Positions 62,101-64,000 of a stretch of DNA of 64,000 nt are shown here, one piece after another (the first letter of the stretch is position 1; every line of letters begins with the position of its first letter). The notes beneath the pieces are model-generated. The model had not been told where the DNA came from, made no database searches, and saw only the letters and a list, made by a program, of their open reading frames with translations. The stretch is from a virus, in the IMG/VR virus record IMGVR_UViG_3300010354_000050, positions 32,001 through 96,000 of that record, one strand, 5' to 3'. The position numbers and the translations under genes are program-made.

Positions 62101-63058
62101 AGTTGTAGAAAGTGGTTCTTCCCAATCTACCATGTATGGGGGATTTACTGACATTCAATTTGTAGAACCCTCTTCTACAGTTCCTTCAACCCTTTGGAAC
62201 TTCAGAGTTATCACTTCTAATGATTTAGTTAGTGAAGCCTTAAGGGGTTTGAATAGTGGGGGAGTTCCACAGATTAAAGTTTTGGAAGCAGGTATAGATT
62301 CTCATGCTAGACTACAATCTGATTGCGAATCCTATTCTACTACAGCAGGTTTCCTTGCCTACTATGCTCCTTACATTAAAAATGATGTTGGTTCCTTCAT
62401 TGCCCCTTCTTCCTTTGTAACAGGATTGGCAATAAGGCGCTATAGGGATGAAGCAGCAGGTTTTAGGCTACCTCCTGCTGGTACGAAATATTCCTTAGCT
62501 GGTGCAAGAGGAGTTCAGATCCCAATTACAACTGCTCAACAGGATATTTCTAACCGGATTGGCCTAAATGCCCTTAGGCAGCTTCCAGGTTACAGCACTG
62601 TTGACCCCCTTACCGGAGAAGTATTTGGCCCTGTATTTGTATGGGGTTCAAGAACTAGGGTAAACAGGGCTAATGCTACCCAAGCCCTATACCAATTTGT
62701 AAATACCAGGGTTATTCTTAATGTAATCTATGGTTCACTGCAAAATGCCTTAGATGGGCAAATCTTTTCTATTGTAGATGGTCAATCAGTAACATTTAAT
62801 CAGATTAATACTTTGATTACAAATGTTCTCTACAACAACTTCTATATTCCTGGTGCATTGTTTGGTGAAACTCCTGCTGATGCTTTCCAAGTTGTAGTAG
62901 ATGAAAGGGTTAATCCGCCAAACCAGGTTGAACAAGGTGTCATTAATGCTAAGGTATTTGTAGTACCTGTACCTACCCTTGAAAGGATTGAGATTGATCT
63001 TATCAGGGTTAATATTGGTGCTGCCCAATCTACTTTAGTAGACCTTGGCCTACAATAA
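59183..63058 (+). CDS. Tail sheath protein with large internal insertion
   Basis: N-terminal APGTFIYE...SFFQQ...VIRV; C-terminal YYAPYI, APSSFVTG, VWGSRT, VNTRV, GALFG...AFQVVVDE. Confidence 0.9.
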   Translation: MATISIGRGGAPGTFIYESGIASQAGTASFNTVYMLVEAPNEASTFVFPFNTPLFVGSLNEYENLIGGIPASGAELDSYYAVKSFFQQANIGDLRVIRVGTPSTIVQVGFSPSANKDNGVSAPTPLLRNDKVYIKLEVNGIRLGDVTPSGAWLGVPVTIPVDYVAGSVDNNLKISNAIVNAVAEAIKTNADISSGIYVREIKTGIPCAECSSLHLANRVFNGPVEIINYSDVTGNQFILASSGYSIDTVSFSEVSVYDWIQCVQTSLDGASLPKGYLIAPAAFKKYKKADRVNLGQAMEEVCSVIKWMALVDCGPFNVTDISEFSLFEEHIPADGFFPSGKYLISNAIFEWISTNPLLFTSANYKEDSALLSANRNLANGQRLALKDDRRINVGVGANTSGNYLILEENWPSNLRSGELVFIEAFDATPVPTLPLYTDAYTDTYNQPLSGPFYLIAKDVDPTLEANQIRLATSKVRALGNISIDLLTAGTPQGGGLITLTYDNPSWELEVEIDSKVSSLVESKGASFNSLHLPGSLQKPTAEFDFKATIRQLTNPSLSIFKGGISLSYFNSTNVNTSTGTFTIPNHGYATGDMVNYYSLPSAAAPGGLSSFATYYVIRIDNNSLKLATTLANANAGTSVTLTTTGTDSSTVKSPSGGSAQSILTTGGDCLIFSSEHDIKTADRVYFNANILSQNSDIVFRGSTETSVTTYFANLVDRNFFTLANSSSNLAAGAFIDYPVSNIGTTASRLVYKKLGVTLDGGTFTESGLIRFIRGRKYQLDVTLAVFLVKDEANVSVVSGEDNPYGTAYTADISTDLRLSYSEFPVAPPVFRVAAEDVNDVDSEFTITGHGYQTGDSVTIDVAPDAILADGLENSVTYYIIKVDNNTVQLATSVTNAVAGTFISLGDAGTNNSFGIEFFVSSASSPFTFQYTEDFESAPLNSASDFAGENNFYCVPLTTGIQANASVDNVYLHLVVESGSSQSTMYGGFTDIQFVEPSSTVPSTLWNFRVITSNDLVSEALRGLNSGGVPQIKVLEAGIDSHARLQSDCESYSTTAGFLAYYAPYIKNDVGSFIAPSSFVTGLAIRRYRDEAAGFRLPPAGTKYSLAGARGVQIPITTAQQDISNRIGLNALRQLPGYSTVDPLTGEVFGPVFVWGSRTRVNRANATQALYQFVNTRVILNVIYGSLQNALDGQIFSIVDGQSVTFNQINTLITNVLYNNFYIPGALFGETPADAFQVVVDERVNPPNQVEQGVINAKVFVVPVPTLERIEIDLIRVNIGAAQSTLVDLGLQ

Positions 63059-63187
63059 TTAGATAACCACGCAATAAGGTAAAAAAAAGAAGGGAGTATA
63101 TACTTCCTTCTTTTTTGTTGAAACTTCTTAGTCAAAAGATATAATAATTGAGAACAGGTAGATAAAAAATCAAGAGGTAAGAAACTT

Positions 63188-63457
63188 GTGACTATTAGGA
63201 AGTTGAACATAGACATTGATGAACATCTTCACAATAAGTTAAAAGAAGTAGCTAAATCTAAAGGTTTAACCTTGAAAGCTTTTTGCTCAGAAATCCTAGA
63301 AAGTAGCTTGAAGCAAACTGATCCTACAAATTATTGCCTACTTCCTTTAGATAGCTTAAGGACTTTGTACAAGAAACTAATTACCGAAAAGCCTGAAAAT
63401 TGGGTTACTTTATCTAGAAAAATAGATAATGAAATCAGGAGGAGATTTAGAACTTGA
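63188..63457 (+). CDS. Ribbon-helix-helix DNA-binding protein
   Basis: LNIDIDEHLHNKLKEVAKSKGLTLK. Confidence 0.65.
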   Translation: MTIRKLNIDIDEHLHNKLKEVAKSKGLTLKAFCSEILESSLKQTDPTNYCLLPLDSLRTLYKKLITEKPENWVTLSRKIDNEIRRRFRT

Positions 63458-63488
63458 AATTTTGAAAAGTTAAAAGGAATATTACCTT

Positions 63489-63845
63489 ATGTCTACCATC
63501 AGGGGTTTAACATACCCGCTCAGTGTAAAAAATGGTCAACTGTCTGTGTCTAGGGATGCGAAACTAGTAGAAGAACACGTACTGTCAGTTCTAGAAACAA
63601 GACCTTTTGAAAGGGTTTTAAGAGCAGATTACGGTCTAAAAGACCAAATTTTTAACACTATTAACCCCCAAGATATAAATTCGCTCATCATTCTTTCTAT
63701 TCAGGAAAATGTACCGGAAGTTAAAGATTTAGAAATTTCTGGGAATTGGGAAAGAAGGGCAGATGAAGGAATATACAATATTAAATTGTCCTATAAAATC
63801 AACAGTGTACCCCAACCACCATTAAACCTGTCCTTAAACTTCTAG
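63489..63845 (+). CDS. Baseplate wedge gp25/GPW family protein
   Basis: GLTYPL, VLETRPFERVLRADYG. Confidence 0.85.
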   Translation: MSTIRGLTYPLSVKNGQLSVSRDAKLVEEHVLSVLETRPFERVLRADYGLKDQIFNTINPQDINSLIILSIQENVPEVKDLEISGNWERRADEGIYNIKLSYKINSVPQPPLNLSLNF

Positions 63846-63861
63846 ATTAATAATTCTAATT

Positions 63862-64000
63862 ATGGCAAAAAGATTTTCTATCCCTCCTGTACCTACAGGA
63901 GAAGTGGCTAATTACACTAATGATCCTTATATTCAAAATACCATTGGTGGATACCCTTGGATAGCAGGAAATAAAGGGGATGTTCTGCTAAGACCCCAAG
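63862..64000 (+). CDS. Partial structural gene (likely baseplate), runs off window end
   Basis: MAKRFSIPPVPTGEVANY... directly after gp25. Confidence 0.5.
   Translation, partial: MAKRFSIPPVPTGEVANYTNDPYIQNTIGGYPWIAGNKGDVLLRPQ

Noticed and set aside
1-64000. Genome-wide stop codon reassignment
   Set aside because: Conserved genes are full length in code 11 and end at TAA, TAG and TGA; only one isolated in-frame TAA was seen.

Overview
This window is part of a large, AT-rich myovirus genome, most likely a cyanophage (inferred from a mitochondrial Pol-gamma-like DNA polymerase, an RlpA and a tRNA group I intron). Minus-strand virion genes occupy 1-11.8 kb: a baseplate hub-like gene, a tape measure with a C-terminal M23 peptidase, and a four-member paralog family sharing an N-terminal leader. 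A long plus-strand early/accessory region (11.8-58 kb) is built of sigma70 promoter-ORF-terminator cassettes. It carries six tRNAs, one tRNA-like element, two DNA methyltransferases, ThyX, GyrA/ParC, RNA ligase 1, a PNK-like kinase, a DUF2828 TROVE/vWA protein, a phosphoesterase, a macrodomain and a split Pol gamma. Plus-strand tail genes follow: frameshifted tail chaperones, a 1291-aa sheath, gp25 and the start of a baseplate gene. Strongest leads: (1) a tandem array of CAGCAA-bulged hairpins plus a tRNA mimic directly upstream of the Ro60-like DUF2828 gene; (2) a Pol-gamma-like polymerase split into two separated genes; (3) an HNH-carrying group I intron in tRNA-Arg(UCU); (4) a class II-shaped tRNA with an Ile UAU anticodon; (5) promoters embedded in hairpins. 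All protein family calls come from motif recognition by eye, not database searches.
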